The notes under the pieces were generated by a model that saw nothing but the letters and a program-made list of their open reading frames with translations, did not search any database and was not told the DNA's origin. Positions 50,661 to 63,055 of a stretch of 64,000 nucleotides of DNA are shown here, one piece after another. Both the position numbers and the translations under genes were made by a program. The stretch is from Mobula birostris (lineage: Eukaryota). Location: assembly GCF_030028105.1 (NCBI RefSeq), contig NC_092402.1, positions 79,723,425 to 79,787,424 of the forward strand, written 5' to 3'. Position 1 is the stretch's first letter, and every line of letters starts with the position of its first letter.

Positions 50661-53074
50661 TCAGTATTTTCTGCTAGTTTTTGCTGCGATGAGGAGGATC
50701 TGCTGTGAACAGGCTCTCGTTTCAGCACGGATAATTTCCCAGGCACATTCGGCAAACTTCTGGAAAAAGAAAATATTCAGGAGAGCAAATTATGGGTTGC
50801 GCATACAGAAACTGGGTGAAATGCAATATCGCTAATTAATGACAGAGTATAACAGCTACCAGCTCACCTTATGTTTAAGAAAGCTTCGCAATTTTCGAAA
50901 GTATTTTTCAATTATGATGGTTCCCTTTGGCCGAGACTCTGTGGCTGGATTCCACTCGCATTCCTCCAGCACTCTGACTTGCCGATGCAGGAGAACCCTG
51001 AAGCCTTCCACCTTTTTGAGGGGCCATGTGGCTGAACCTAAACTCATGCCGTAGATCTCGTTGGTTTGCCGGAGTGTTTGACAAACAATATGGATCTTCT
51101 CTTGGGTCTGTGCAAAGAACACAAGGTGGCATTACAGCAGTCTTGCTAGCAATCTGGTTCAGCAGCACTCTCCAATCCAGACATCTCAGTGAACTCCTCC
51201 TTTAAGTCTTTGCGTCCTTCTTATAGTCATAGCAGGAAAGCTTCTTTACCACTTATGTCAACACTTTCAGTGAGCTGTGGATTTGCACCCTAAGATCGCT
51301 TTGTACATGAATGCCCCTAACGTCCATCTTTCCTCGTGTACCACATCATGGTTAACTGGATTAAACTTTACATGCCATATTTCTGCCCAAATTTCCAATT
51401 GATTTACATCTTGCTGCATTTTTTGACAGCTTTCCTCACTATCCATAACTCCATCAATAATTGCGTTATATGCAAACATACTAATCAGACCACTCACGTT
51501 TTCATTGACATCATTTACTGCAGTCAGATAGAATCATTATGCACACTATGAACACTCTGTACTTCGACACTTTCCAATTTTGAACTATTCAATTTATACT
51601 CTAAAAACGCAGATTCACAGCAAACTGCACAATCACAGTTTCCCACATAATTCTCCAACCTACCCGTCCTCACGCTGCCCTTACCCTTTGCGCCTTATTA
51701 TCAGCAACAAACTTGGACATACAGTATATTGCACTTCTTATTTCCATTTAATTCGTTAATGACCTTTTTTAACATGGGTCAGCTACTCTGTTCACAATAC
51801 CGAACCCCTTATTATTAATAGCCTGACGACATGGATGTTCATTTTTTTTTAGTTCTATGTTCTCTGTCTTTTAGCCAGTCCTCGTTCCTTGCTGATATTT
51901 TAATCCAATATCGTTTTCTTCACCTTATCGAACAGTTATTTCATCATGCACTTTTGAAATTCTGAACATCATCTACTGCCTGCTCTTTAGACCTCATTTG
52001 GACACCTTTTCTTAGACAGGGAGTGATGAAACTGGAAAGGGTTCAAAGGAGGTTGACGAAGATGATTCCAGGATTAAACAGCTTGTCACATGAAAAAAGT
52101 TTGAATTTAGAAGAATGAGCAGTGACTTAATTGAATCGTGTGAAACGTCTTGATGGAGAGGACATTTCCTATTTGGGAGACTATCTAAGACTAGACCCGA
52201 GGACACAGATTCAGAATAGAGGGGTCTCCTTTTAGAACGAGATGAGGAGGAATTTCTTTAGCCATTGAGTGGTGAGTCTGTGGAATTCTTTGCCACAAGC
52301 AGTTGTGGAGGCCAAATCTTCATGTATATTTAAGGCAGAGTTCGATTGGTTAGGGCATGGAGGGATACAGGGAGAAGGCAGGAGATTGGGGCTGAGAGGA
52401 AAAATGGATCGGCCAGGATGAAATGGTGGAGCAGACTCGATGGGTCGAATGGCCAAATTCTGCTCCTATATTTTATGGTTTTCTGGTCTTAAAGGCTCCG
52501 CTAGACGAGCCAGTGTCGGTGGGAAGTTGTTTTCTCAGTCACTGACATCCGAGAAAGGAGTACATACTACACTCCTTTTCACATCCACGTTTCGGCAACA
52601 CGAAGTCACAATGATAGATGATGAAGTACCAAAATAATGCGCTCTGCAACTGAATGAAATAAAGTCCAACCACTCACCGTCAACCCCTTCGAAAGATTCA
52701 CTAGCTTCAAGGGCTGGGTTTTTAGCGACAGCCTCTCACTTACACACTGCCAGGGAAAGGCAGCGCCCTGGGAGGGAGAAAGTAAACTTTGTTATAGACA
52801 ATCCAACACCGAAATATCACAGTAACGCGGGGAATCAGGCATGTAGAACGACAAAGCTCTCAAACTATAGCGCCTTTTCTGAGATTTAAATCAAAGAGCC
52901 GGGGACTGTCAGGAGCGGTTTCTGGGCGCGGGTTCAACTCATCATTTCATCCAGTTTGCCCAGAGTCTTTGTGTTGAGAACTTGCAGTAACTGTAACTTC
53001 TCACTGCCCAGGGTCAGGGTCACGGTCAAAAACAGCCACACACTGCAAACTCTCCAAACATGGCCCAATGCCAT
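50661..53074 (-). pseudogene. Type I interferon copy F, divergent subtype, exon-1 donor lost; exons 53074-52943, 52767-52678, 51107-50868, 50759-50661
   Basis: Exons 2-4 are open with canonical sites (GAAFPWQCVSERLSLK...; TQEKIHIVCQ...FLKHK; KFAECAWEIIRAETRACSQQILLIAAKTSRKY*). Intron 1 starts ATGAGT instead of GTGAGT, and Cys1 is Ser. Confidence 0.75.
52020..52490 (+). mobile_element. CR1 LINE 3' fragment in intron 2 of copy F
   Basis: RVQRR.T.MIPG and RNFFS remnants; tail ttctgctcctatattttatgg. Confidence 0.75.
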
Positions 53075-53254
53075 CTTCACCCGACACAGAATAAAGCACC
53101 GATATGAGACTAGAATCAGCTCCGAAAACCAGTCTTGTTCGCCGACTGGAACTCGGGATATAGAAACGCCGCGGCTTGTGATCCGGGAGCGGACGCCGGT
53201 GCTGCCGAGTCCTGTGTCTGGGGATCGTGTTGTGAGCTCTCTCTGCCATGCTGC

Positions 53255-53372
53255 CGGATTTAATGTGTGCCATTACATTCGAAAACTGAAAATGGGCGTC
53301 AGGTGTTCTGAAAGGAAAACTGTCAGTGATCGTTTCCTCATTTCCGCTCTGAATGCGAAAACGGGAGATTCC
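53255..53372 (-). promoter_or_regulatory. Divergent proximal promoter of copy F (IRF-E, kB; TATA altered)
   Basis: GAAAACTGAAA at 53281-53291, GGGAGATTCC at 53363-53372; TATAAAA replaced by ATTAAA. Confidence 0.6.
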
Positions 53373-56300
53373 GGAAACAGTAACAGTGAAAATTCCTGAT
53401 CGGAGTCAAAATCCAGCTCTCCGCGGGAGTACAGTCTAGGTGAATGGTTGCAGAGCAGGGGGCGGTGGGGGAGATGCCTTGTGTCTGCCGATATCAGCTA
53501 CAGTGTACTATCAGGGTTGTGGTGACCGCGACCGCGTAAATTCTGCCGCAACCGCTTTTACTGTGACGGAGAGAACTCCTTTGGAAACGACTGCACATTG
53601 ATCACCACTCCCGCTCTGGGCCAACAGCCGCTCTCCACACCGCAGTGCGGACAGTGCGGAGAGCACCGGGCCCAACCGGCTGGTGACGACTGTCTTTGTT
53701 CGACTTTCGCAGACGGCTCTGTCGGCGAAAGTTTGTCGTGTCCGAGTTGTTCGTGATGCTCATGTCTGGGTTTTGTTCCCCTGTAATCCAACATCCAGCT
53801 CCCGGGACCCGGTCTCTGTGTATAAACATTGGAGACAAGGTGCAATGCAACAGTTGGGGGGTGGGCGGTGGGGGGGGTGAGTTGAATATTCTTTTCCGAC
53901 CTCCGCCGGATCCACTCTTAACCTAAGATTGGTCCCATTCCTGGCTCAATGAAACTTTCTCAGCTCTGCACTTCAAGTCCCAGGTTTCTCCCCGTTCTTT
54001 GGCCGATCTCCGGCGCTCCACGCCCCTTTTGCTCTTCCGCTGCCGCTGACTCCATACCACATCCCACCCCCAGACTTCGCTTTGCTCTCCCTCCCGCTTT
54101 CCTCTCAGCTCCGTTCACCCTACTCAGCTCTCTCAAGCCCTCTCTATACCATTGGCCCCTGCAGACCCCACACCTCACCCAGTTGCAACAACTAGCAACG
54201 GTTCCCCTTCCGCTACCCTTCTACCTCCTTTTGAGTCTATCATTTCTAGTCGCCAAAGTGACATTAATTGCTTTGACTTCTCTATTCCTCCACCCACTCC
54301 ATCCCCTCTGAAGGTCTGAACCCGAAATGTCGACCATCCCTCTCCCTTCACAGATGCTGGTCGACTCGCTGAGTTCTTCCAGAAGTTTGTTTTATTTTGC
54401 TCCAAATTCAAGCATCTACAGTCTCTTGGGTCTCGAAACATTTCTGGTTTAACATTTGCAGTGCACATCACAGACTTTGAATAGAGAACTCGGCGTAAAA
54501 CTGAAATTTAAAGCTATTTTCAATTACTATAGAGGACTGATGCAAACAACATTGAACGAATTAGGCAAAAAGAAGTGTTTCAGGTACTTTAGTGGAAATA
54601 TTAAAAACGTTACACTCAAAATAAAAGGTCAAGTTGAAAACTAAGGAAGTAACGTAGAAACGAATGTAACTGGTCGAATAACTGAGTGTTTTAAATAGAG
54701 GTGAAATTCCAAACGGGAAGTTGAACTGGCCATACTACATGTGCGTAAATCAGGACAGCGATAGATTTGGACGGGAATTAGCAGGGTGCCTGCGTGCCAA
54801 TAAACCTGCTACATTTGTTCATCCAGATTCAAAATTCGCAGGTTTGCAAAATTCCTTTTGAAAATTTTGGCGTGATGTTGGATTGCATCGATAGGTTGCG
54901 CACTTCTGCCACGGTGCATCCGTGTAGTGGGGAATAAACAGCGTCCTCGGTGGGGGCAAGGTACATAAATATTTAAAAGAAATGTTTGGACTTTATCAGT
55001 ACTTTCTAATATATATCTTCTTATCTGTGTAGTCAGACTTCATGGGGAGGCAACAATTTCAATATTCCCCTTTGCCTTCTGCGAAATCTTGCAAATGTGT
55101 TGATAAACGGTGATTTTTAAAAAAAAATTATCGCTTAACGTTGTTGAATATCGTCCACATCAAAACCGGCCATCTATCTGTGCATGGGGTCCATTCAATG
55201 TAAAATATTGATTTATGTACAGAAGAGTACAGTAATATGGCTGAAAATAGAGTTCAATCAGATAATGAAAACATTTATGGTTAGATTATCCACGAGTAAT
55301 TAAACCGCAAATGTCTGCAAATATATTTCAATATATACAGTATATAGTTGCATGTTATAGCGGACTACAATCATTTGTTTCCTGGAAATTCAGAAACAGC
55401 ATATTTAAAATGAGCCTGATAGTGATCTTGCATGCCATGTTCACGAATACAGTTTAAAAGAGTTTGTCAGATGAAACTAAATAAGGCTGGTGTATCAAGT
55501 GTGCCTATGAGCAATGCCCATTCTAGACAATTACAACGTTAAACACTTCTTCAGCTTCTCAAAGTCTATGAAATTCTCAAAAGTCATCATTAATCATTGG
55601 TTGATTTTTACATACATCGGCGTGGATTGTGATATATTTTTTAACAAGTCCAGAACACAATAAAAATTCAACATGTACTGGACACGAAATGCACTTTATA
55701 TTCTGAGATTTGCATTGGAGTTGCCAGATTTAGATATATTGCAAGGGAATAAAACCGCAAAATCCGTCGGAAAACATTGTGTCTGCTTTGGTTCCTACCA
55801 ACATATATCATTGGGATTACCCGTGTTAAACTTGCAGTATAAGAGTGGGCCACAGATATTCAAAACAATTGAAGGAATTGAATTTATGAGTGATCTGCGG
55901 GGTGTTTTTTTAAATCCTTTAATCGTTCACAGGACACAGGGGCCACTGGCAATGCTAGCATTCATCTCCATTAATACTTGCCACATAAACTGGCTTTTCA
56001 GGTCATTTCCAGGATCGATTAAGAGGCAGCCATATTAATAGCTCCAGTGTCACATGTGAAAGGCCAGCAGATTTCTTTAACCTCAAGTAATTTTTTTTTT
56101 ACTTTAGTTTCGTGGTCACCTTTACTGAAACCAGATTTTCATTCCTGTGTGCATTTCTTGAATTTGAAGTTCCTAGCAGCTGGAGTAGAATTTGAATTCC
56201 AATATCTGGATCAATAACCTAGGTTTTTAAATATTAGCCTAAGAATGGAAAAACTATGGTTGTGAACGCCAAAATAGCAGGCCATACAAAGGGAATAAAA

Positions 56301-57362
56301 ATGATGAGCACAGTGAAGTAGCAGGTTCATTCTCAAATGGATACTCCCCTGAATGTTTCCCTACGACTGTGATTTTCCGTACAGCCACAGATAAGTGACC
56401 AATCCTAGACAATCAAAAGTCCTCAGGGTTTACAAAACCCATAATGGATGGTTTCAATGCTCTGAATGTCAAATAATAAAAAGAGTTGGAGTTGGAATAG
56501 ACCACCTCAGATTTGAGCTCTCAAACATCTGAACATATAATCTCAAACTGGACATCTAGTCCTTAATACAACTTTTAGAATATAAAGCAGTACAGCATTA
56601 GACAAGCCTTCAGCCCATGATGCTGTATCAACCTTGATGCCAATTTATACTAAATGTTCTCCTCTGTATCATCCATGTACCTCAATTCCATTCATAACCA
56701 TGTGTTTAAATTGTTATCATTTTCTTCCTTACAAGATAATATCAAATGATCATGGAAAATCGTATAGAGTATATTTTTATGAACAAAAGAAAAGTCACTG
56801 AAGGGCAGTGAGTATTGCAGTTGAATGAGTTGGAATGAAATTGAAAGAATGATAAACAACACTCACCTTGCCAATGAAAATTTGACCACTGGAGGATGTA
56901 AAATTGAACCAACAAAATAAATATATGAAAACAAGTATGAAATGATTTGTAAATTACTGCTGCAGCAAGCAAATAAAATACTTACACCTAGAACATACAA
57001 TGTCGAGCTTAATGAAGAAACAGTTAGCAAGGAAAACAACAAACAGTAATTTTCAACAAATTTGGAAGATATTCTGGTAACAAAAGATTAAAGTTTCAAA
57101 AGAGATAGAGAGTGAAAGCAGCAGAGGGCAGGATGGGAATTCAAAGACATTCATCAGAAGAATGGAAAGTGGCCTGACACAAATGGGTAATAAATATAAT
57201 TTCAGTGTAATGCTTAAAACAATTTATTAGTACTAAAACATTTTCCTTCAGGATAAAATCTTCCATTTTATAGCAATATTGTTCTTCAGTTTATAGACAT
57301 CAGTTACATGTAATTAGCATTTCACATTGCATAAAACTAATAGTTCCCTGCTGAAGTAATCA

Positions 57363-57408
57363 CAATAAATAAATAAATAAATAAATAGCTAGATAGATAG
57401 ATAGATAG
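57363..57408. repeat. (AAAT)n(GATA)n compound microsatellite
   Basis: Direct reading. Confidence 0.85.
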
Positions 57409-57931
57409 AAGCATCCTAAAGTGTTGCCCACTTGAAAAGCCAAAATGTAAAGGTTAATATTTCTCTGGGTTTGTTGTCAATCAAACTCACTTTAAAGGGC
57501 TTGAAAACATTATCCAGTCTTGAGGCAGTATTCAGCTAACCTCATCATCCTCAAAGTGAATATGGAGCAAAGCTAAATGTGAAACATGTCTTATCTTTAG
57601 CTGCTTAACTCCATAGCACTTACTTTCAGAATGACAGCACAGAGTTCAACTCACAAGATGATATCAATACTAAATTTACATTACATCTTCGGTCATTTCA
57701 TTCAGCTAGAACATGAGAAATGGCAAAGGCAATAATGCAAATAGTGTTCTACAAATTGAAGTTGCTGTTTATAATATAGTATTTCAGTTCATTATGGAAG
57801 AAATAATGACAGCTTTTTTCATAGATCTTTCCAGTGAATCCTTAGCATTCCACCGAACACATACTGAAATAATTATAATAAATAAATGGCTATCATTTTT
57901 ATGTTGAGTAGAAAATGCCTTTGAAAATTAT

Positions 57932-58771
57932 TCAGTTGTTCCTGCTGATTTTTGCTTGTATGAAACGAAGCTGCTGGAAATGGCTTCTGTTCTCAGCTTT
58001 GGTTATTTCCTAGGCACAGTTACTAAATTGCTAAAAATGTCAAAACAAAATATAAAAATAAATTAGAGAATGAATAGGATTAGAAAAAGCTGCAGAAGGT
58101 TGTAAGCTCAGCCAGCTCCATCATGGGCACAAGCCTGTCTGGTATCTAGGACATCTTCCAGACGCGATGCCTCAAAAAGGTGGCATCCATTATTAAGGAA
58201 CACCATCACCCAGGACAGGCCCTCTTCTCATTACTACTATCAAGGAGGAAGTTCAGGAGTCAGAAAACACATGCTCGACAATTAAGGAACAGTTTCTTAC
58301 CCTCTGTCAGCAGATTTGTGAAAGTTCCAGGAACCCATGAACACTATCTCACTATTTTGCTATCTTTTTGCACTACATATATATTTTTAGATCTCTTATT
58401 TTAATGTATAGTATTTTTATGTATTGCACTGTACTGCTGCCTCAAAACAGTAATTTTCAAGACATACGTCAGTAACAATAAACCTGATTCGGATTCTACA
58501 TTGAAATAATACAGTATACCTGCTCTCTTACCTTCCGTTTGAGAAACTTTCTCAGCTTCTTGAAGTATTTCCTAATTTTGTCCTTTCCTTTTGACCTGGA
58601 TTTTGAGCTTGGTTTTCTTATACATTCTTCCAGCTCTCTGAGTTGCCAATCCGGAAGAAGTCTGAAGTATTCCACTTTGTTCCTAGACCATGTGACTGGA
58701 TCCAAGTTCATGCTGTACACTTTGGTGACTTGTTGCAATGTTTGATAGATAATATTGATTCCCTCTTGGGT
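57932..58771 (-). pseudogene. Type I interferon copy G: exon 3 (58771-58532) and exon 4 (58030-57932) with premature stop; exons 1-2 not found in window
   Basis: TQEGINIIYQTLQQ...LEECIRK...KYFKKLRKFLKRK. Exon 4 QFSNCA*EITKAENRSHFQQLRFIQAKISRNN*, with TGG>TAG at 58012-58010. Confidence 0.82.
58090..58497 (+). mobile_element. Rex1/Babar LINE 3' end in intron 3 of copy G
   Basis: ASIIK..HHPG.ALFSLL.S.R..RS..T...LRNSF.P motif; tail aataaacctgattcggattct. Confidence 0.75.
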
Positions 58772-58914
58772 CTGTGCAAGATACATGCAATGATGTTAAA
58801 GAGATCTTCCCAGCTATTCGACCTTCAGTATTTATCAACATGAACAAGAAATTAACAAACAGGAAAACATGAAACTGGAAATGGTTTATTTTTAACAAGT
58901 AGAATTTGAATCTG

Positions 58915-60720
58915 ATACACCTAGAGAGCTGGTTCAGTGATAACAACTTGATGCTTAACGTCACCAAAACCAAGGAGATGATCGTTGATTTCAGACGATC
59001 TCAGCCTGAGCACACACCCCTCAGCAGCTCCACTATGGGGAGAGTGGAAAACATCAAGTTCCTTGGGGTGCAGGTCTCGGCCAATCTCACCTGGTCCAGG
59101 AACACCACTGGGATTGTGAAACGGACCCAGCAGAGATTGCACTTTCTGAGGAAGCTTAAACAAGTATCACTCCCCACTAACATCTTAACTACATTCTACA
59201 GAGGTGTGGTTGAGTGTGCTGTCACGTACCCTGTGACGGGGATCAAGAACCAGCAGAGATGGAAAACACTTGGGAGTCTCATATTGTTATAAACTACTAA
59301 TATTTATTAGTAACTACACAATACAGTAATATAAATGTAGATAAATCAAACACATTAGCAATGATTATATATAAAAGTAAATAAATCAGTAAGTGTGGGA
59401 ATGTATGTATGATTACCAAGCTTCTTTAAGTCTCGGGGTAAACAGATACAGTCTTACGATGTTGAGTAAAGTTCAGTTTAGTTCGTGGTATTTAGTTGAG
59501 TAGTGATGGAGAGGGAGAGGGAGAGAGAGTGAGTTGAGTCTTTAGGTGAGCTGTTGCCGTCGATCTTCTTGTCGTCCTCCGAAATCCTTTACAAGTCACC
59601 GACTGTGACTTTAACCAGGGGGACCGGTTTTCCTGTGGTGGAGCTATCACCCCGGCAAGGGTGGACACATAGACAACTCCCCACCAGTCAACCCCTTCTT
59701 CACCGCTGGAATGGCAGTTTGGATCGATCCGCCTGATCGATCCTCCAAAACCCACTTTCTCTGCGGGCACAACAACGCTCATTCAGTGTCCAGATCATGT
59801 GTCTGAGGTCTGTATCATCTGACCTCCCATTTATCCCACCAGGCTGAGCATCACCTGTCATTCAAAGAGTCCCTCCTTCCTTTATCTGTAAAGGAGTGCA
59901 CAAGCTGGCAACAAGTCCTTGAAAGTAACATCAACAACCTGCCGAAAGTCATAACATCGAGTGTCCATTAAATAACACTGCCTTTGGTCACCATAGCAAC
60001 TTATGAGCTGCTCAGTGCTATCTCCAAACCCAAACTCAGTAAAAATCCAAAGTTACTTCCAATGCCTTAAAGTGACCGTCCAACCGTTAATTTTCATCTC
60101 TCTCTCCTTTCCAAACAAACCATCAATGATGAATGTCCCTCTCTGTCTCTCTTCAAGCAGTTAATAGGGGCACTCCTGGATCCCCTCACAGTGCTGACCT
60201 TTTGCATCACAACCTGGTACTCCAGCTGCAGTGCTGTTGACAAAAAAGCCTTGCAGAGGGTGGTTAGGGGAGCAGAGAAGGTTATCGGGGTCTCCCTATC
60301 TTCTGTCCAAGACCTCTTTCAGAGTCGATGCCTCCAGAAGACACGGTACATCATTAAAGACCCCTCACACCCTCTCCATGAACTGTCTGTTCTTCTGCCA
60401 TCAGGCAAACATTACAGGAGCATCAAAACTAAAACCACAAGGCTACTAAACAGCTTCCTCCCACAGGCAGTCAGACTGCTAAATAGCTGCTCTGCCTGAC
60501 TCTGCTTTGGACACTTTTAACTTGCACTGGGCACTTATAACTGATTTTAACTGACATGTGGCTGTTGTGTTTTTACTATTTATTGTTATGTTTATTATTT
60601 AGTGTTGCGTTCGTTATGTTATGATTGCACTGCTCCTGGGAAACGCTGTCTCATTCTGCCCTGCACAGCTGATGTATGGTTAGAATGATAATAAAGTTTT
60701 TTGAATCTTGAATCTTGAAC
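58915..60720 (+). mobile_element. Rex1/Babar LINE 3' portion, split by a solo LTR
   Basis: WFSDNNLMLNVTKTKEMIVDFRR...KFLGV...QQRLHFLRKLK...FYRGVVE|VLTFCITTWY...HPLH..LLPSG...NSFLPQAVRLLN; (TTGAATC)n tail. Confidence 0.88.
59220..60190. mobile_element. Solo LTR (971 bp)
   Basis: TGT...ACA termini. 4-bp TSD GTGC at 59216-59219 and 60191-60194. The host Rex1 frame resumes across it. Confidence 0.8.
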
Positions 60721-61104
60721 TGAACGCGGTTTGGGATTGCTAGCTGCTAAATTAACAGCAAATAAAAACAGAGTGCAAAGGGAACTCATCGACAAAGCTT
60801 CCTGGGTGCCTAAAGATTAGGATTAAAATGAAACAGAAACAGTAAAGCAGTTTTATGATTGCAAATGAGTGGAGTACAGAGGATGTCTAAACTGGATTGA
60901 CTGTTCATGAATCACAAAATGTTAGTAAGCAAATGCAGCATGTAGTTAGAAAGGCGTTGCATATTGACCCTTATTCAAATAACTTTGAAGTTTAGAAATA
61001 CTTTGACACCTATACAGAATATCAGTGATACCATATCTAAATTATTGTGCACAGTTTTGGTCCTCTTATTTAAGGAAGGAAATTCTGATTTAAATTGGCA
61101 TCAA

Positions 61105-61508
61105 CATGGATGGCGGGGTGGAAATATATCTCTACCAAATGAGGTGCAAGGTGCTCCTTCTTTCTGCTAGCCTGCAGGTCACCCTTGGGCAAGGTGCAGC
61201 ACCTGCTTAGCCCCCCACCCCACCTGATCAGGGTCACGTAAAGCCATGGGAGCAGGTGGTGGTTGGTCATACGAGCAGCTGGTGCAGATCATGAGTCCTG
61301 GTTATGTGACCACTGACTCCAGACAGAGAATCTCTGAAGAGTATTGATAATGGGTGGGGTCACCCCTGTTGTAAAGACGCCGCCCAGAAGAAGGCAATGG
61401 CAAACCTCTTCTGTAGAAAAATTTGCCAAGAACAATCATGGTCATGGATAGACCATGATCGTCCATGCAGACAACATGGCACATAATGATGATGATGATG
61501 ATGATGAT
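61105..61508 (+). mobile_element. SINE with RTE/BovB-like 3' region and (TGA)n tail
   Basis: GAAGGCAATGGCAAACC motif, CORE-like GTCACCCTTGGGCAAG, (ATG)n tail at 61486-61508. Confidence 0.6.
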
Positions 61509-61793
61509 GGACACAGATACTGTGAACAGAAGTGTTTGTTTTTGTGCTGTAATGTTGTTCCATATGAGCAGCCCAAAATAGATCCATGAGACTAATTCTT
61601 GTGATGAGACGGTTAGTCTATCATGAGCAGTTTAATTTGGATCTGTATTTTTGGAGCTTAGAAAAATGAGGTCTTATTTGATTGAAACTTTTAATTTCCA
61701 CAGGGGGCATGCTAGGGTAGATCTCAAGATGTTTCCACTAGTTGGAAAATTTTGAATATGTGGAGGTAGTTACAAGCTAATGTAATTACAAGG

Positions 61794-61978
61794 AAACAAC
61801 AGGAATTCTGCGGATGCTGGAAATTCAAGCAACACACATCAAAGTTGCTGGTGAACGCAGCAGGCCAAGCAGCATCTGTAGGAAGAGGTGCAGTCAACGT
61901 TTCAGGCCGAGACCCTTCGTCAGGACCTCTTCCCACAGATGCTGCTTGGCCTGCTGCGTTCACCAGCAACTTTGATGT
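61794..61978 (-). mobile_element. Penelope-derived ~185-bp hairpin element with hammerhead and TSD
   Basis: Inverted arms at 61836-61888 and 61926-61978. Core GUC CUGACGA AGGGUCUCGGCCU GAAA CG UU GAC. TSD ATGTAATTACAAGG at 61780-61793 and 61975-61988. Confidence 0.82.
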
Positions 61979-62799
61979 AATTACAAGGGTAGTGATTTAA
62001 AACTGAGAAACTTGGGTATTTCTGCTCATGTAGGGTGGTGAATGTCAGGAATTTTCTAGCTTTGAGAATTGCAGATGAGAGATTATTAAAAGTAGTTAAA
62101 GGGAAAGCAGACACATTTTTTGTAGAGTAGGAGAATTTCTAGGATAAGTGGAAGTGGCATTGATGGAGAATTGAGGCTTGGGGCAGATAAGCCATGATGG
62201 CATTAAAGATTGTGGCAGGCTTGAGCTGCCCAGCACCCGACTCCTGTTCCTATTTTCATGTGTGTTCCTGTGTGATTAACATCAAGTTCATGAATCAAGC
62301 TAAATATAAACATATAGTGTTGAACTATTAAAATAAGTAAGGCTAACAGAGTCCATAAGAAAATTAATCGTTGTTTGTTTACAGTCACACCTTTCAATAT
62401 GGTTTTCCAATATAATATAGTCAGCTTACACTTCATATTTTTGTAGTCACATTGTTTGTATGTATGACCCTGGTTGAGATTTAATTAAATCTCTTTCAAT
62501 TTTATATAAAATTAGATCATATTATAAGTAATCTTTCATGTTCCTTTATCTATACATCGTGAAATAACCTTTTCTCCTTGCATAGTGTTTCATTGTTGGA
62601 TGGGCTTCCTCAGCCTCAGTGGTGGCATATTCATTCATATTGTCTCTAGTCAGGGGTTCCCAACCTTTTTTATGCCATGGCTAATACCATTAAGCAAGGG
62701 ATCCATGGACCCCTGCATGGTCCACTCCAGGTAATGAACCCTAGTAGATAGGGGGTGATGAGCATTGGTGACTCCCTACTACCAAGAAATTCTATGGTA

Positions 62800-63055
62800 C
62801 CGTAGTGGTTAGCACAGTGCTTTACAGTACAGGTGACCTGGATTCAATTTCCACTTTTGCCTGTAAGGAGTTTGTGTATTACTCCCATGACTGGCTGAGT
62901 TTTCTCTGAGTGCTCCAGTTTCCTCCCACAGTCCAAAGACATACCGGTTGGTAGGTTAATTGTCCTATGATTAGACTCAGATTAAAGCAGAGTTTGCTGG
63001 GCAGTGCGGCTTGATGGCCTGGAAGGGCCTATTCCATATTGTTTCTCAATAAATA
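62800..63055 (+). mobile_element. V-SINE/HE1-like SINE
   Basis: tRNA-like head GTAGTGGTTAGCAC...GGATTCAATT, core ...GTGCTCCAGTTTCCTCCCACAGTCCAAAGAC, tail aataaataaa. Confidence 0.75.

Noticed and set aside
46088-54335. Additional hammerhead-like motifs at ~46100, 47360, 48930 and 54315
   Set aside because: Core CUGANGA or GAAA is mutated or deleted, so they are presumed inactive.
61302-61587. Poly-His and poly-Ile ORFs
   Set aside because: Translations of the (TGA)n SINE tail.
62651-62713. hAT-like MITE (CAGGGGT...ACCCCTG)
   Set aside because: Very short and no 8-bp TSD visible; too weak to call.
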